The position numbers were made by a program, and so were the translations under genes. From NCBI GenBank assembly GCA_964016885.1, contig OZ024742.1:119226001-119290000 (forward strand): a DNA stretch of 64,000 nucleotides, in the 5' to 3' direction. A model generated the notes under the pieces. That model was not told where the DNA came from and ran no database searches. It was given only the letters and a program-made list of their open reading frames with translations. Positions 41,462 to 55,392 of this stretch are shown piece by piece; the stretch's first letter is position 1, and each line of letters begins with the position of its first letter. The DNA is from Eledone cirrhosa. Taxonomy: Eukaryota.

Positions 41462-41900
41462 ATGGTGGGCTTTTTGACAAATTCATGGGTAGCTTCGATG
41501 TTAACAAAATTTAAGAATTAAGCGTCTTGCACTTCAAGTATATTGCTATATGGAGATGATTCGCTGACATTCCCCTTCCATATGAATCGCTACATCTTGA
41601 AAAACCTTAACAGACATATTTAAGAAATTTCAGTTAAAAATGATCATCAATAAAAACTTAAGAATCGTCAATAATTTAGATAACACATCAGACCTAATTA
41701 TAGAGAAGTACTTCTCTTATAGAAAGTCAAATGAAAATATATTATTTATAGATAAAAATTCCAACCCCCACGCAATCATAAAAATCGATAACAGTAGAAG
41801 AACACCGAACTCACCCTCTGTTAAAGGCGATATTTAATTGTATATTCAATACAATGACATATTGAAGAGAAGCAGTTTCAAGAAAGTATTGGAGTATGTT
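41462..41900 (+). mobile_element. Highly decayed Penelope-like RT fragment
   Basis: GLFD..MGSFD; LYGDD; NKNLRIVNNLDNTSDL...YRKSNENILFIDKNSNPHAIIK. Confidence 0.6.
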
Positions 41901-42495
41901 GAACAAGAGTCACGTAGGAAAAGTCAAATCATCCGGTTTTCCAGACGCATATGGAATTTGTTTGGCAGAAGTTGAGCACTAGAATGTAAATAAAACAATT
42001 AGGGCATGTTTTTCATTAATGACATTCATGTTCTTTACGAAATGACCATTTCATACGAAAGAACAAAATAATTTAGTCCCAAAAGATTGGAGTGTTTACA
42101 ACAAATTATGATTTTATAGATATGTGTCATATGCTGATGCTGCCACATGACAAACCTATTTTATGACAAACCATATAAGAGTCCTGCAGCAAACAGTAAA
42201 ACTAAGATCGCGTGCGATAAAAAAGTGACACGAGACCAGAAAGAGATACCTCAATGTTTATGATTAGCATATTATGAACTTTTACACTAGAGTAGTAAAG
42301 GGGTTGTTTTCCGTCAGATAGAAATGTTTTAATCTTTTAATGTGCTTATGTGTGATGTGTGTAGTACTTGAGTATGTTAAGGAAAAGTTAAGTTATATGT
42401 AGACACACACACCAACAAACATATATATATATAAATGTCAGCTTAAACACACAAACAAATACACACACACGTGCATATATATATACACATATATT

Positions 42496-42549
<54 letters not shown>

Positions 42550-44559
42550 TACGCACACATATGTATCGTGTTTGTGAGTAGATAAATAGATAAATAGCTA
42601 GCTAACTAAATAAACTCAGTGAGAAGGGAGAAGAGAGGGCGAGGAAAGAGATAGGGAAAGAGAAAAAAGAGGTGTTGATTGTAAAAAAACAAGTTATCAA
42701 TATGATTATAGAATATCTAGGGCAGTGTATATTATGTATAGTTTCTTCAAACTTTCTGAAGTCTATCTCGAAGCATACAGATTCACAGAGCACACACCTA
42801 CACGTGCAAACACACATAAACACGCACATGAACAGATTAAGAAATAATCTACAAAAACAAATAAATCAACAAAAAGTTAATTCTCATCTCTATTGATTAC
42901 ATTTTCAACGGCTTTTGAGTTATCCTAAATTTGAGACGTATTAACGTAATTAAATATATAGTAGGCGATAATGTTGAAGTAACGACCGTTAAAGAATGTA
43001 TCTTACTAATTGTAATCATTAAGCTACAACTAAACGTCCGAAACATATTACAAAAATGTCCCAAACTATATGGAAGAATCGCGACATCTAAAATAAAACG
43101 GTGTTCTAAAAGAATAACTTAATTGTGAAACAAATATCACAGGGAAACATCTAAAAGCAGTAGATTTGCAAAGCTGACTATTAATGAGAATACGACCGAT
43201 ATCAAGCAACACTGTGACAGCTTATATTTCACTTCTACAGCCCAGCTGCACTGAAATAAAACATCTCGGTTTACAATCGTTACAGTCTGAAACGTTTTCT
43301 TAACAATTTCTAATTTCCGATCTATATCCTCCTCTTATAAACCTTTGTCAAGAAGATCCCTCGATGTCCGGACTGGTGATTGTTTACTAGTTGAAGAAAA
43401 TTAAAGAAATCCGTCTTCAACTACTTCAAAAGATTATATAACAGGCTATTGGTAGATAATAAAAACTGTATTCAGAGAGTGAAGATTGTTATCTAGACAA
43501 TTGCTACATATAAAAGATGGGACAGATAGAACATTTAATATGTTTTGGCTTATTTTGTTAGCACTATAGACTTACAGATTATTGCTAGAAAGATTGCATA
43601 TTTTTCAATGGGAATTTTCTAAATGTATAGAATGAGACTTTTATGCTTGAAAAGAAGTTATAAAAATACTTACACATCGGACCAAATGGTAAACCAAACA
43701 GTATTTAATTTCGTTCCTCAATACTTCCTCAATACTGAGTTCAAACTCCGATGGTGTTAATGTTGCCGCTTATCGCAAATCTTTGGAACTCTTTAATTCT
43801 ACTAAAAATCTCAGGAAAAAACCTCCATACATATGAACATGAGCAGATGTGATATCTTTAACAGATGGCGAATAAGAGACATTACAGCGAATTGGAAAAG
43901 CATATAAACTGAAAAACCTATACAACAATTGAACAATACAGAATATAAACAGAGATGGAAGCATTAAATAAAATGAACGTGTGATAGAAAAGCTGACAGC
44001 TGTTGGCTGATAGATTGATTACTTTGTGGTGATGTAGATGCAGATTTGATAAAATGCCCGCTACGATTTTAAACGAAACACATACGGTGTCCCGAAACAG
44101 CCATCGATCTACAAACTTTACTGTTCGAAACCAATTGTAAATGATTAATAAAGAAATAGAAAACATTGTCAATAAAAAAGATAAATGAGCATAACATGAA
44201 AACATATATACAAGAGATATATATTGAATATGTATTGAATTGGTTAATGACTCGATAGGTATTCATGAGATGTAACCAATCTTAAAGAGAGAGATGGAGA
44301 TAGTAGAGGAGATATGAGAGGAGAGATTGGTGAGTTAGTTAGAAGCAAAAGCGTAAAGGCATGTGCTCAATGTGCAATATGCAGTAGAAACCAGCTAGGT
44401 GGCTGGGTTCATGCAGAAGTTAGGTGCGCAGAGCTGGAAATATTCATTAGTTAAGCAAAACAAGGCCACAAACTTCACAAGGAAGACATTAATAAAAGAT
44501 TGTCAACATATTTTAGTTTGATGTAAGGAATGTAGAGAATAATGATAATAATATTAATA

Positions 44560-44680
44560 ATAATTGTTTCTACTTTTTGGCACAAGGCCAGCAATAACCC
44601 AGTGCATTACTGGTACTTTATTTTATCGACCCCGTAAGGATGAAAGGCAAAGTCAACCTCAGCAGGATTTGAACTAGAGC
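44560..44680 (-). mobile_element. SINE fragment with (AAT)n tail
   Basis: Same family as 19030-19225. Confidence 0.8.
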
Positions 44681-44879
44681 CTTGCCACTGGATGTAGTTT
44701 AATATCATACCCAGGACATGTAGTTAGGGGCTCTAACGCTAGTGCTGTTAAATACCCTCTCCATGTTCTTTTCAATGGCTGATAATACCTTACCGGCGCC
44801 ACTCAAATAAGGTAATTATTTAACCCATAAAAGGGGCCCTAACTGGTACTACTAGTCCGGGCCAGAGCAAACCTGGCTT

Positions 44880-45683
44880 TACTGTAACACCGGCTCAGAG
44901 CAGGAGAGTTAAGGCGAAAAAGATATCAGATGCTGAATTTGCCGACGACATAGTTTTCGTGACAAACACAGTGAAGGAGGCAGAGGATTTGATGCAGGAG
45001 GTGGAGACTGTGTCGATGAGTGTGGGGCTGAGAATGAATGAGATTAAGACGAAATATCTGGTAGAGAATATTAAGAAGCCAGAGAAGATTACTAATGTAG
45101 GCGGGAAGCCGCTAGAATTGGTTGAGGACTTCCTGTATTTGGGAGCAAAGATTGGGAATACGGAAGATGATGTGGTCTAGAGGAAGAGCAAAGCCTGGGC
45201 GACGTACCAGAGCTTGAGATCGGTGTGGAAGTCGGACCTTCGTAAAGACCTGAAGATTCGCCTCTTCATTGCTGTAGTGGAGTCTGTGCTGCTGTACGGG
45301 TCTGAAACTTGGACACTGACCAAGAAACTCACTCAGATGGTGAATGGGTGCTTCACGAGAATGCTGAGGATAACTCTGAACGTTAATCAGTATACACTGA
45401 AGATGAAAAACTCAGAACTGTATGGGAGCCTCCAAAAGTCAGCTCAAAAGTGACACAGAGGAGACTGAGGTTAGCTGGACATGCTCACCGACATCCAGAG
45501 TTGACACTGCCCTCAGTGCTCCTGTGCGAGCCCCTGCATGGGAAGAGGAAGACCGAGGTTAACATATGTTGATGCTCTAAGGACAGACTGGTCTGTTGGA
45601 GACGCAGGACATGGCAGCGATAATGAGGGACAGAGACCGCTGGAGAGAACTCGTCAATGGATCACGGGAATTTTACCTGCCTT

Positions 45684-45687
<4 letters not shown>
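44880..45687 (+). mobile_element. 5'-truncated RTE-clade LINE
   Basis: AEFADDIVF...GLRMNEIKTK...FLYLGAKI...ESVLLYGSETWTL...RRLRLAGHAHRH...GRGRPRLTYVD. Confidence 0.9.
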
Positions 45688-45743
<56 letters not shown>

Positions 45744-45881
45744 ACATTAAACAATTACAGGGGATCATTTGTAAAGAGTGTAAACACACATAGTTACGGA
45801 GGTAACATATTAAACATTAACAAGAACCTTGAATATAGATACCTTGCAATAATGATTATAATGATTAATATATATTTATAT

Positions 45882-45926
<45 letters not shown>

Positions 45927-46088
45927 ATATTTATATATATATAAGTTGACGGGACTAGCATAAGGTTTCCCTGCTAGTACCGGTTTCATCTCAGCGTACT
46001 CAGTAGGTAAGGTTATATAAAAGTTCCAGAGTAGACACAAAGTTATTTGCTTCAATACAACACACGTAAATGGGTACCATAAAACTAT

Positions 46089-46201
46089 ACCCGTACTCGA
46101 GTTTCGGCCACACTTAATGCAGAAAAAGAGTGCACAGCATCGACTGCCTGCATTTATTATGCAATAATGCACAATCCGTGCATGTGGCTTCATCAGCGGG
46201 T
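46089..46201 (-). ncRNA. Type I hammerhead with long stem II
   Basis: ACCCG-CTGATGA-A-GCCACA...TGTGGC-C-GAAA-CTCGAG-TA-CGGGT. Palindromic ACTCGAGT stem III. Confidence 0.85.
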
Positions 46202-46620
46202 TTCGCCTAATCAATAACCAATCGATTGACAGAATTCGATTTCAGTCCTTGTTGGCTATGGCAATGAATGCAATAAGCGACACAGTAGTACATTTGCAAC
46301 TGAAATCCCTACGAGTCATCCCAATGCCGCCAACCGATTAGCTATCGGTTCAGAAATTTACGTGATGGTAGGCGTCGAAATTCAAATACTTCCGCCTCAG
46401 TCATGCGCACTCGCTAACATATCTCAAACACAAATTAACAAGTGAGTGAAAAAATTGTCTATTAGAGAAAATCAGTCTCCAATCGCTGTACAATAGAATG
46501 GTAGCATTCAGCTCCAGTCTTCAAGTACCATGGCGAACATAGTGAGACAATAACAATGGTAGTGCCTAAAGCCTTTCCGGAATTAAATACATGCATATAT
46601 ATATATAAAATAAGAGAGAA

Positions 46621-46736
46621 GAGGTAGCGATGCTCTGACATAACATGATTGATATCTGAACTGGGGTTCACATATCAATCATGTTATGTCAGAATCATAT
46701 AAATCAAGCATGCAATGTCAGAGCATCGCTACCTCT
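46621..46736. repeat. Nested fold-back
   Basis: Inner hairpin 46631-46699. Outer arms 46621-46641 and 46716-46736. Confidence 0.85.
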
Positions 46737-46925
46737 CATTAACTAGAACCTGTAGGCTTTAACGAACCAGAAACGGCCGTTACGGTGCTTTCCCTTGAAT
46801 GTTAATGACCAGTGGTGAAATCCAGCACTTGTAAAATTCACAGTAAGGCTGTCAAAATGCTTATTTACCTGAAATTTTGTATATGATTCAATATATAACT
46901 GCAGTCATATATATATATATATGAC

Positions 46926-46992
<67 letters not shown>

Positions 46993-47100
46993 ATTATTAG
47001 AAATGTAAGCTATCGCCGTATTTGGACTAAAGAAATTAAATAAATTATTTAGCCTGATAGTGGGGTTAAGAACCCTCGGAGAAATGGAAAAAGATGAGTA

Positions 47101-47172
47101 TTGGCGTACATGGGAGTCGAACCCACATCTTTGGTTATCCGGACCACTGTACTACCATTTACACCAACACAT
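47101..47172 (-). pseudogene. tRNA-like sequence (tRNA pseudogene or SINE head)
   Basis: A-box TGGTGTAAATGGT and T-arm GTGGG-TTCGACT-CCCAT. The acceptor stem pairs poorly. Confidence 0.55.
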
Positions 47173-47214
47173 CATGGTGTAGTGTACTCTTTTTCAGGTG
47201 CTGGCTGATACATC

Positions 47215-47770
47215 ACAACAGTCTTTTCCAAGCTTATTGTGAGGCCCAAAGCGCTGCAATCTTCAGAAAAAGAGTTCATAATATGCTGCATGTCACTTTG
47301 TGAGTGCGCAGTCATCTGCATACAAAAACTCTCGGATTATAGATGTTAATACCTTCGTGCTTGCACCAAAGCGCCTGATGTTGAACAACCTTCTCGAAGT
47401 GCGATACCTGATGTAAACTACATGCGAACAATTTTTCCTGGATGCCATGAGAAACACTATCGTAAAATATAAGGAAAACAAAGTTGGAGCCGGAATGCCC
47501 TTCTGCTGCACTCCATTTTCAACTGATATTGGTTCAGCGATGCTACCGCCAATACTGATCCAAGCCTTCATGTCATCATGAAAAAGACGCAGAATCTTCA
47601 CAAACTTTGGAGGGCAGCCAAGCTTTTACAACATTTTTCACAATGCAGTTCGATTGATGGTGTCAAAGGCCTTTGTCAAGTCAACAAAGACCTGGTAAAG
47701 TCCATACATTGTTGGATACACTTTTCTTGCAGCTGCCTCTTTCGTTTCTGAACCCACACTGCGACTCAGA
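47215..47770 (-). mobile_element. RTE/BovB-like RT fragment
   Basis: ESQCGFR...QLQEKC...FVDLTKAFDTINR...GCPPKFV...APTLFSLYF...FLYADDCAL. Confidence 0.9.
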
Positions 47771-47780
47771 TAACATACAT

Positions 47781-48153
47781 GGTGGCTGCCAACTCGTTTT
47801 CGAGTACGGCCACTACTTTATATCCACGTAGGAGAACCCCTACCGATGCGCTGAACGAGTGTGACTTTTTAGTCCAGCCAGCGACTTCAAAACTCTGGTA
47901 CAAACACTACACTTGTGACAATTATTGACACATAGTGCTGGGCCCATGGTATCATGTGACGACAAGTGCAGAGAGATCTCCAGATATAAAGCAATGCCCG
48001 TGCCGTGAAGCTTTTATAGTGAGCAAAGGCACTGCACAAAGCCAGTCCCACTCTCTTATCCAAGATGATATTTACTAAAAAGAAGAACAAGTCAACATCA
48101 GTGGATACCATCAGGGTTGCAGGTGTTATATCAGAGTTTTCCTTCTCCTAGAA
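47781..48153 (-). mobile_element. Second, shorter copy of the 31093-31528 retroposon
   Basis: High identity by eye; shares one end. Confidence 0.8.
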
Positions 48154-49239
48154 GATACATACACACACACATACACACACAAACGAACACACACATACAC
48201 ACACAAACGCACACACACATATACACCCGCATACACACCCATAAGGATATATATATATCAAAATGGCACAACGAGGGTAAAAATACATACATAAGACGCA
48301 GACAGATGGAGACAACACACGAACCAATGATCGCGTCTTCAGTTGTCCATTATAATTTACGTAACCAGGCCTATACTTGCATCAGTACCTTACAAAGTTA
48401 TAGTTACTAGAAAATAAACAGTTCTAGAAACGAATATACACACAGAAAGTGTATCTTGACAAACAGGGACAATACGGGATCAAGAAAAAAAACAATGTAT
48501 CTACCGAAATTATCAATTACAGTCAGAAGGGTGCTGTAAGAAAAAGCAAGATTGGCAAAACGAAAAGATTCTATTGAATGCTAATACAAAGCAAGAAAGT
48601 GAGATGAACACAATACGTGCTGGGATTGAAAACGCTGAAAAGAGACAAATTAAGGCCTTTACAACCTCGCTCATATATATATATGAGTGTATGTGTGGAG
48701 TGTGTCCGTGTGTGTAATATATATACATTTGCATGTATATAAAGCTTACGCTTCTTTCTTGGATTAACGAGTCTCATTTTCATAGATTTCAGTATATTTA
48801 AGTGTTTTGATCACATGTTATGCCTCAGAGGAAGACAGTGCTGGCTGCATCGGTTGTTGCATCAACATATTTTACGTACAGCCTTATCTCTTTTGCGTTT
48901 TTTGATATCCGATTTGATTTTATAGTCGTCAGTCAGCTTGGCATACTTATATCTCCATTAAGGGCTTGCTGGTAAAGACTGATAAAGTAATCCCAAAGAA
49001 ATTAATTCTCTTCTACCGGAATCTGGCAACCAAGCCTCTTCTTTGTGCTTTTGTATCTTGAAGTGTTTCTATTGTAGTCTCAAATGTATCAATGGCCGTT
49101 GATGCAGTAAGCTTCTGGTATAATGCAAGGAGTATAATTGTTTTAGATTTCTTCTAGCCACAATGCTTAAACTTCTTTTTCTCAGTCCTGATTTCTGTAT
49201 TCGTCGGATTAATATATATATACTCAAGTTCTCTCTTTT

Positions 49240-49400
49240 TAAGCGGTGAATTGGCGAAGTTGTTGGCACATTTGTTAAAATGGTTTGCGGTATTCACTTC
49301 GGATCTCTGGGTTCTGAGTTCAAATCTCACCGAGGTCAACTTTGCTGTTCATCCTTTCGAGGTCGATAAATAAAGTACCAATCCAGTACTGGGGTAGATT
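49240..49400 (+). mobile_element. tRNA-derived SINE
   Basis: TTCTGAGTTCAAATCTCACCGAGGTCAACTTTGC...GGTCGATAAATAAAGTACCA. Confidence 0.75.
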
Positions 49401-51347
49401 CTTCCTCTATATCCCTTTCTCATATCCTCTCTCACTTTTACTCCGAAAGAAATCGGCTGAATTAAACTTTGGAAAGGGATGGGCCACGCCAAGTTTAAAT
49501 ACCCAAGACACACCTTATATGATTACGGTGCCCGTTCGTATCAATCAGGTGTTAAGAGCACATGGCATAGTATGGCATCTTCTTTTGACAATTCCAAATA
49601 TTGTTTCCATTTTATTTATAAGATTTTTTGTTGGTGAGCAGTATTAATATTTCGTTTCTGAATTTGTTTAGCAAGATTCTTTATCTGAAATCGTGTGTTG
49701 AAACCGATATTGTTATACTTTGGGAGGGTCATGTTGCCAATATTGTTTTTCCTGTGATAAACATCGCCACATAATTGATAGTCTTTCCTAGATAAATGAA
49801 CTTTTTCCCTCTTCCAAATGCATGATGGCACGTTTTTATTGTTTGGCTTTTATTTACTTTTATATTTACAAGATACTACTTTGAAATTGTTGAAAGACAT
49901 ATAAACAAGCTTTAATTAAACAAATTAAATGACACTACTGTATTGTAAATATTCATCCTGGACTTCGTTAATCACCATCAACATTAACTCAGTGACTCTC
50001 GTATCAATGCTAGTTAAATTCTGTCGGTCTTCTAGCGAGATCTTTAAAGAAACGAAATCTTGATTCATTTCCTTAAGAATACATTTCGATTGCATATATT
50101 ATTCGCTCTTCCAGTAATACACTTATTACTGTCATTGCTTCTATAGTCCCTGACACCTGACACTTTGGTGTGGACGGCGAGTCTAACAGTAAAGTAATGT
50201 AGTAGCAGTATGAGTACAGTTTGTTGAGATATGTGATGTCATATCTGTTTTAGGAATAAATTCATGTAGTATCACTTGTGTAGGGTTCTCAATTTCGGGA
50301 ATAAAATTAATTTAGCACTTTTAAGGGGGGAAAAATATATATAACACTCATCCATCCTCTTCCGTTTAGAAAATGTTGTTTAGTGTAATGTTTTGGTGTT
50401 AAATAATTTAGATCTGGATGAAGCTTCTCCCAATATACTTTCATTCTATTAATATAACCAACAGAGGGATGATATATAGGATGCAAACGTTACAATAGAT
50501 TTCTGTTCAAGTAAAGTTGGGACCCATCAACCATGAGCGATAGTTCATCTGCGTTCAAATACGAAACCATAACTTACAAAGTCTCTAAAAAAACATGATT
50601 ACATTTGGAATATAATGCCAGGGTAGCAAAATAGAATTTTCTCTACAATTCTTTTGAAGGTCACGCATATTGTTTAGAGAAAGTCTTGTTCTATTGATGA
50701 GAGTTGCCTGATTGGCACGTAAATGTCTGATGTTTTATTTGTTGGCTTCTATGATGACTATGGTATCTTGGGTGTGGTAATTTTGTAAGTGTTTTTGAAA
50801 CAGGAAGTACTTTGATTCCTATATATAGTTCTCAGAGAGTATTTATGCATGATTTATTCCCAGCTTGACTACCTTTCATATTAGGTACATGTCTACATTG
50901 TTGATCAGGCGATTAGAAAGTGTACATATGTTCTTGTTGTCCGAAAGTCGGTCTTTGATTAAAACTTCCTCACTGAGGATCCTAACTGCACCAGTGTATA
51001 TTCATACGGCAGTGGTCTGTCCTCTTCTTAAAAAGCGATAGCATAAGCCACCTCTTGGGGAGTGCGCAATTCTTGCTGGTGCATTGGCATCCTGGGGTTT
51101 AGTGAGGGATGTTGGATAACTGTTTTCTACCAGGATTATTTGGAATTCTTTGGTACCGGTGTCAGTGTCCCTAGTATTGCTGCAGCTGTCCGAGAATCAG
51201 CACTCAGTACATCAGCCGTTTTGGTTCTGCTGAGAAGGGATGAGTCGTGGGGAACAAAGAAGCACCCGCAGAAAGCTTTCATCTAAAATTTGGTTTATAT
51301 GGGGCCATTGATCACTTCCCTATGATTTTCCAGCATACAACATACAC

Positions 51348-51412
<65 letters not shown>
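51348..51412. repeat. (TATC)n microsatellite
   Basis: Direct reading. Confidence 0.98.
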
Positions 51413-53013
51413 GAGGCGGTCGGCACCTTACTGGAGGAGTACGAAAAGTTCACAGGGGCTAAGCTGAACCGGGACAAGTCGATCGGTTTGCAACTCGGCA
51501 CGTGGAGGGGCAGACCGATGCCCTCCGATAGCGTCGTCGGACGCTGGACGGAGGGCCCGGTGAAGTTGCTCGGGGTCTGGTTCGGACCGGACCTCCAGGT
51601 GGAGAAAAACTGGGCGGAGGTTACGAACAGGGTGTTTGCACTGACCCAGAAGTGGGCCAGTTGCAAACTATCCCTGAAAGGTCGGGCGGAGGTGGCGAAC
51701 ACCTACATAGCGTCCGTCATCTACTACCGCCTGACCGTAGTGCCCTGCCCAAGGGAAACCCTCACCAAGATGGAGCGCGCGCTCTTCCAATTCCTTTGGA
51801 AGAGGCGGGCTCCTATGGTGAGGAGATCCATCTGCTGTCAACACCCTTCGAAAGGAGGGCTGGGGATGCCGTGGCTAATGATGCGTAAACACGCATTAAG
51901 GCTACGGCACCTCTACGTATTCCTCACCGGACAACCGGTGTGGGCCTCGTTTGTGAGACGAACCTTTCCCAGACTCGTCTCACTCACCGAGCTGCAATCC
52001 TGGGTCAAGCAAAGACCGAGAAAACTGGGCGCCTGGCACACTGAGTGTGCCCAGGCGCTCACCGCCCTCTGGCAGGCGGATCTGGTTATCAGTGGAGACT
52101 CCACCGCAACATTCTATAGAGGGCTGGTGCGCAGCAGGTGCGACGACGCCCTCGGAGAAGCCCTAGACATGGAGGAGGACGAACTGGCCAGCCTGTTCGG
52201 TAGGACATTCAGCCCGGGACCTATGGACAACTTCCAGAAGTCCCTGGCCTGGCAGTGCTACCGAGGGGCTTTACCCGTTCGAGAAAGGCTCTACAGACAC
52301 GGGCGCCCGGGTAGGGACCCCGCCAAAAAGATCTGTCCCAGATGCGTGTGCGACGAGGAAACCGTTGCACACGCATTAGTACACTGCTCGGGCGTAGCCG
52401 ATCTGTGGGGCTATGTCGAACAACTGCTGTCAAGGGTGGGACCGATCCGGTTGACCACCGAGTCTATTGTAATGATCAAGCCGCCTCCCCCCTTCAAAGA
52501 TGAAGCAGAGGCGGTGTTTCTGTGCGTAATAGCCATGGCGAAAGAGGTTGTATGGTGGACGCGTCTGAAAGGACTGAGGTCAGGCACCTTTCTCTCTGGC
52601 CAACAACTGGTCCGTTTCTTCCGATATCATTTCGGAAGAAGGATCAGGATGGAGAGAGAGGTGCTGCACCCCAGTCGTTTTTATGAAAGATGGGTGAAAG
52701 TGGCGAGAATGGCCCGTGTGAATGGGCCTTCACTCTACATCAGACTATAGGTGAGGAAGATGAAAGACCAAGGGAGCACCCCTTCTCTGTGCTCCTGAGG
52801 AGAAGGGTTGCACACCTTTTTCGGGGGTGTGTGCGACCCCCCAAGGCGCCTCCTCTCTATTGAGGATTTTGTTAAAAATTTTATTTTTTGTTATATCTTA
52901 TTTTATTTTTATATTTTGTTATTGCCTCCTCCTTATTGAGGACGCCTTTTTGTGTAAACTCCCCCCTTTGTACTTGTCCCACTTTTGATGCCCTAGTGGC
53001 AAATAAAAGAAAC

Positions 53014-53014
<1 letters not shown>
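51413..53014 (+). mobile_element. Tx1/L1-clade LINE copy A, 5'-truncated; ORF2 C-terminus open to 52750
   Basis: KLLGVWF, LSLKGR, GGLG and CPRC...HALVHC (zf-RVT). AATAAA at 53002. (TATC)n on both sides. Confidence 0.92.
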
Positions 53015-53109
<95 letters not shown>

Positions 53110-53110
53110 A

Positions 53111-53179
<69 letters not shown>
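53015..53179. repeat. (TATC)n microsatellite
   Basis: Direct reading. Confidence 0.98.
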
Positions 53180-53513
53180 GGTTTTACTTGAGACGTGTGC
53201 CAGTTCGCTGGTAAGTTTTTGTTGATTTTCTAAGTAAGAAATCAAAAATTTATTGTTAAATTTATTACTATTTTATAGCTTGATCCCACGTCTGGACTTT
53301 CAGATGGTGGATCAAGTCATCTTCACCCCTCCCTGGGGTGAAATTTTCGTTTTGAAAAAAATTTCGCCGGTGAAAAAAAAAAGTCTAAACAAACCTTGCA
53401 TTCAGTTCATAACTAGAAGTGGTGGAGAGGCGGTAAGAGTGTTAAGCTCGCAGTCACCTCCTCTCATCACCTCATTGAAAGACATCGAAAATGTCGCCAG
53501 TTTTGAAAACACG

Positions 53514-55355
53514 ATGTCGGACGTTGATTGTAACATCAACACTAACACAAACACCAATAACATGCAAAATATAAACAACACCAACCAGAACAACAACAAC
53601 AACAACAATAATGACAACAAGAACAACAACAGCAACAATGATAACAACAACACCACCACCACCACCACCAACAACAACAATGATAACAACACCATCACCA
53701 ACAACAGCAGCAACACGAACAACTCTACGAACAAGGAAAAGATTTCTTTTGCTCAAACCGTCCAAAAGACGGAACTGTTCACATACCTTGACATTTCCAA
53801 TGCTAGGGAAATGTTAAGCGATGCAAAACAGTACGTAACTTTTGGTGAGAGTGGTGCTTTCAGCATCACTTCTCCTTAACAGTTACGCAGAGAAACTGTT
53901 CTAAAAACAGTAATTTTTAGGACGGTTTCAAATGTGTCGAAAAAACCAGTTCAGTTATCCCAAAACGATATTGAACTGGTTCTGAAGAATTCCATGAAGG
54001 ATATTGCCTTCATCCAAAAAGGGAAACTTTTTGGAAGCATTTCGGTGTTGTTGAAAGACCAATTGACAGCACACAAATATTCTGTATCGCCGATTGTGTC
54101 CCCCCTTTACACCTCTTGCCCCACATATATGGGAAAAAGAACTCAAAGAATAAAAATTTTGAACATTGCACCAAATGTAAACGTTTGGTGGACTTTAACT
54201 GGCTTTATCGATTTCGACGAAGACACCATCATTTCGGTGGGAAAGTCCTCCAGAGGCACATTCAATGGTACAAGCATGGAAGTTCTGGTCCAAATGAAGC
54301 CAGAACGGATAGCTAAAATACCCCAACGTGTGCCTCTGGATGGAATTTCACACATAAACATTTCTGTTGGTGGTAGGCGGCCTTCATGTTACCACTGTTT
54401 AAGAAGTGTCACCTGAAGGCTTACTGTCCTCAGTTAACTAAAAAAAAAAGAGGCACTACTGCCAACACCCAAAACAACAACACAACCACCACCACCACCA
54501 CCACCACCACCACCACCACCACCACCACCACCACCACCACCACCACCACCACCACAACAACAACAACACACAAACACAACCAAAACAAGAATAACAAACC
54601 AACCTGCAAGCACAGTTCCACCCAACCCCACTCCACCTAAAACCACTGCAAAAACACCCACAAACACAACAGCTCCCCAAAAGATACCCCTTCCAAATAA
54701 CACAGACACCACAACGGACGAGGCCCCCACATCATCACCAAGTGATGATGAGGGAGAGCCTCTCCGTTCGAAAAGAAAAAAGAAAAGACACCACAAGAAC
54801 AAAAAAACAACAAACATCACTACAAACATACAACCACCAACACAAACAACCCAAACATTACAAACAAAACCCCCCCGTCCCGAAAACAAAACCACGACAT
54901 CACTCCAAACACAAACACCTACAACAAAACGAAAGCTCCCACAAGAACAACAGACAAAAACCACCGCAACACAAGAACATTACACATACATAAACAGTAA
55001 AAACAAAACTTTAATGGAGGTCATCTCCAACGACCCTTCGGTGAAAACCGAAGGGAAAACTTTTTCGAACTGTGTAGACAAACCTAATTTAAAGATGATT
55101 AGGGTCCCTACGGACACCTATAAGTCTTTAAAGGAAAACTTTCCTAAGGACGTGGGTAATCCTTGTGTTAAACCCATTAACCATGTCCTTTTAAAAAGTT
55201 TCCCCACCCTCACCCCAGACACACCCACCCCAGACACCCCCATCCCACCAAACATCTCCGTCCCCACCCCGCCGGAAACCACCACCCACCCAGACAACTC
55301 CTCTAACACCCACATGGAAACCGTGCGGCCTGATCCCCAGGAGACGAAGAGGTGA
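53514..55355 (+). pseudogene. Copy B ORF1 (Gag-like, CCHC knuckle, low-complexity N/T/P tracts), disrupted
   Basis: SFAQTV; GRRPSCYHC/..HLKAYC; ends ETKR*. Colinear with copy D ORF1. Confidence 0.75.
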
Positions 55356-55392
55356 GTGTTTTCTTCTCCTCTTTTAACTTTTCAGAACCAAC

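Noticed and set aside
43100-43450. hAT transposase remnant
   Set aside because: Similarity to the DE(S/T)TD motif is too degraded to support by eye.
47101-47172. Functional tRNA gene
   Set aside because: The acceptor stem is mismatched and the anticodon loop is atypical. Kept only as tRNA-like.
47781-47860. HDV-like ribozyme
   Set aside because: Only a simple hairpin is visible; the nested double pseudoknot could not be built.
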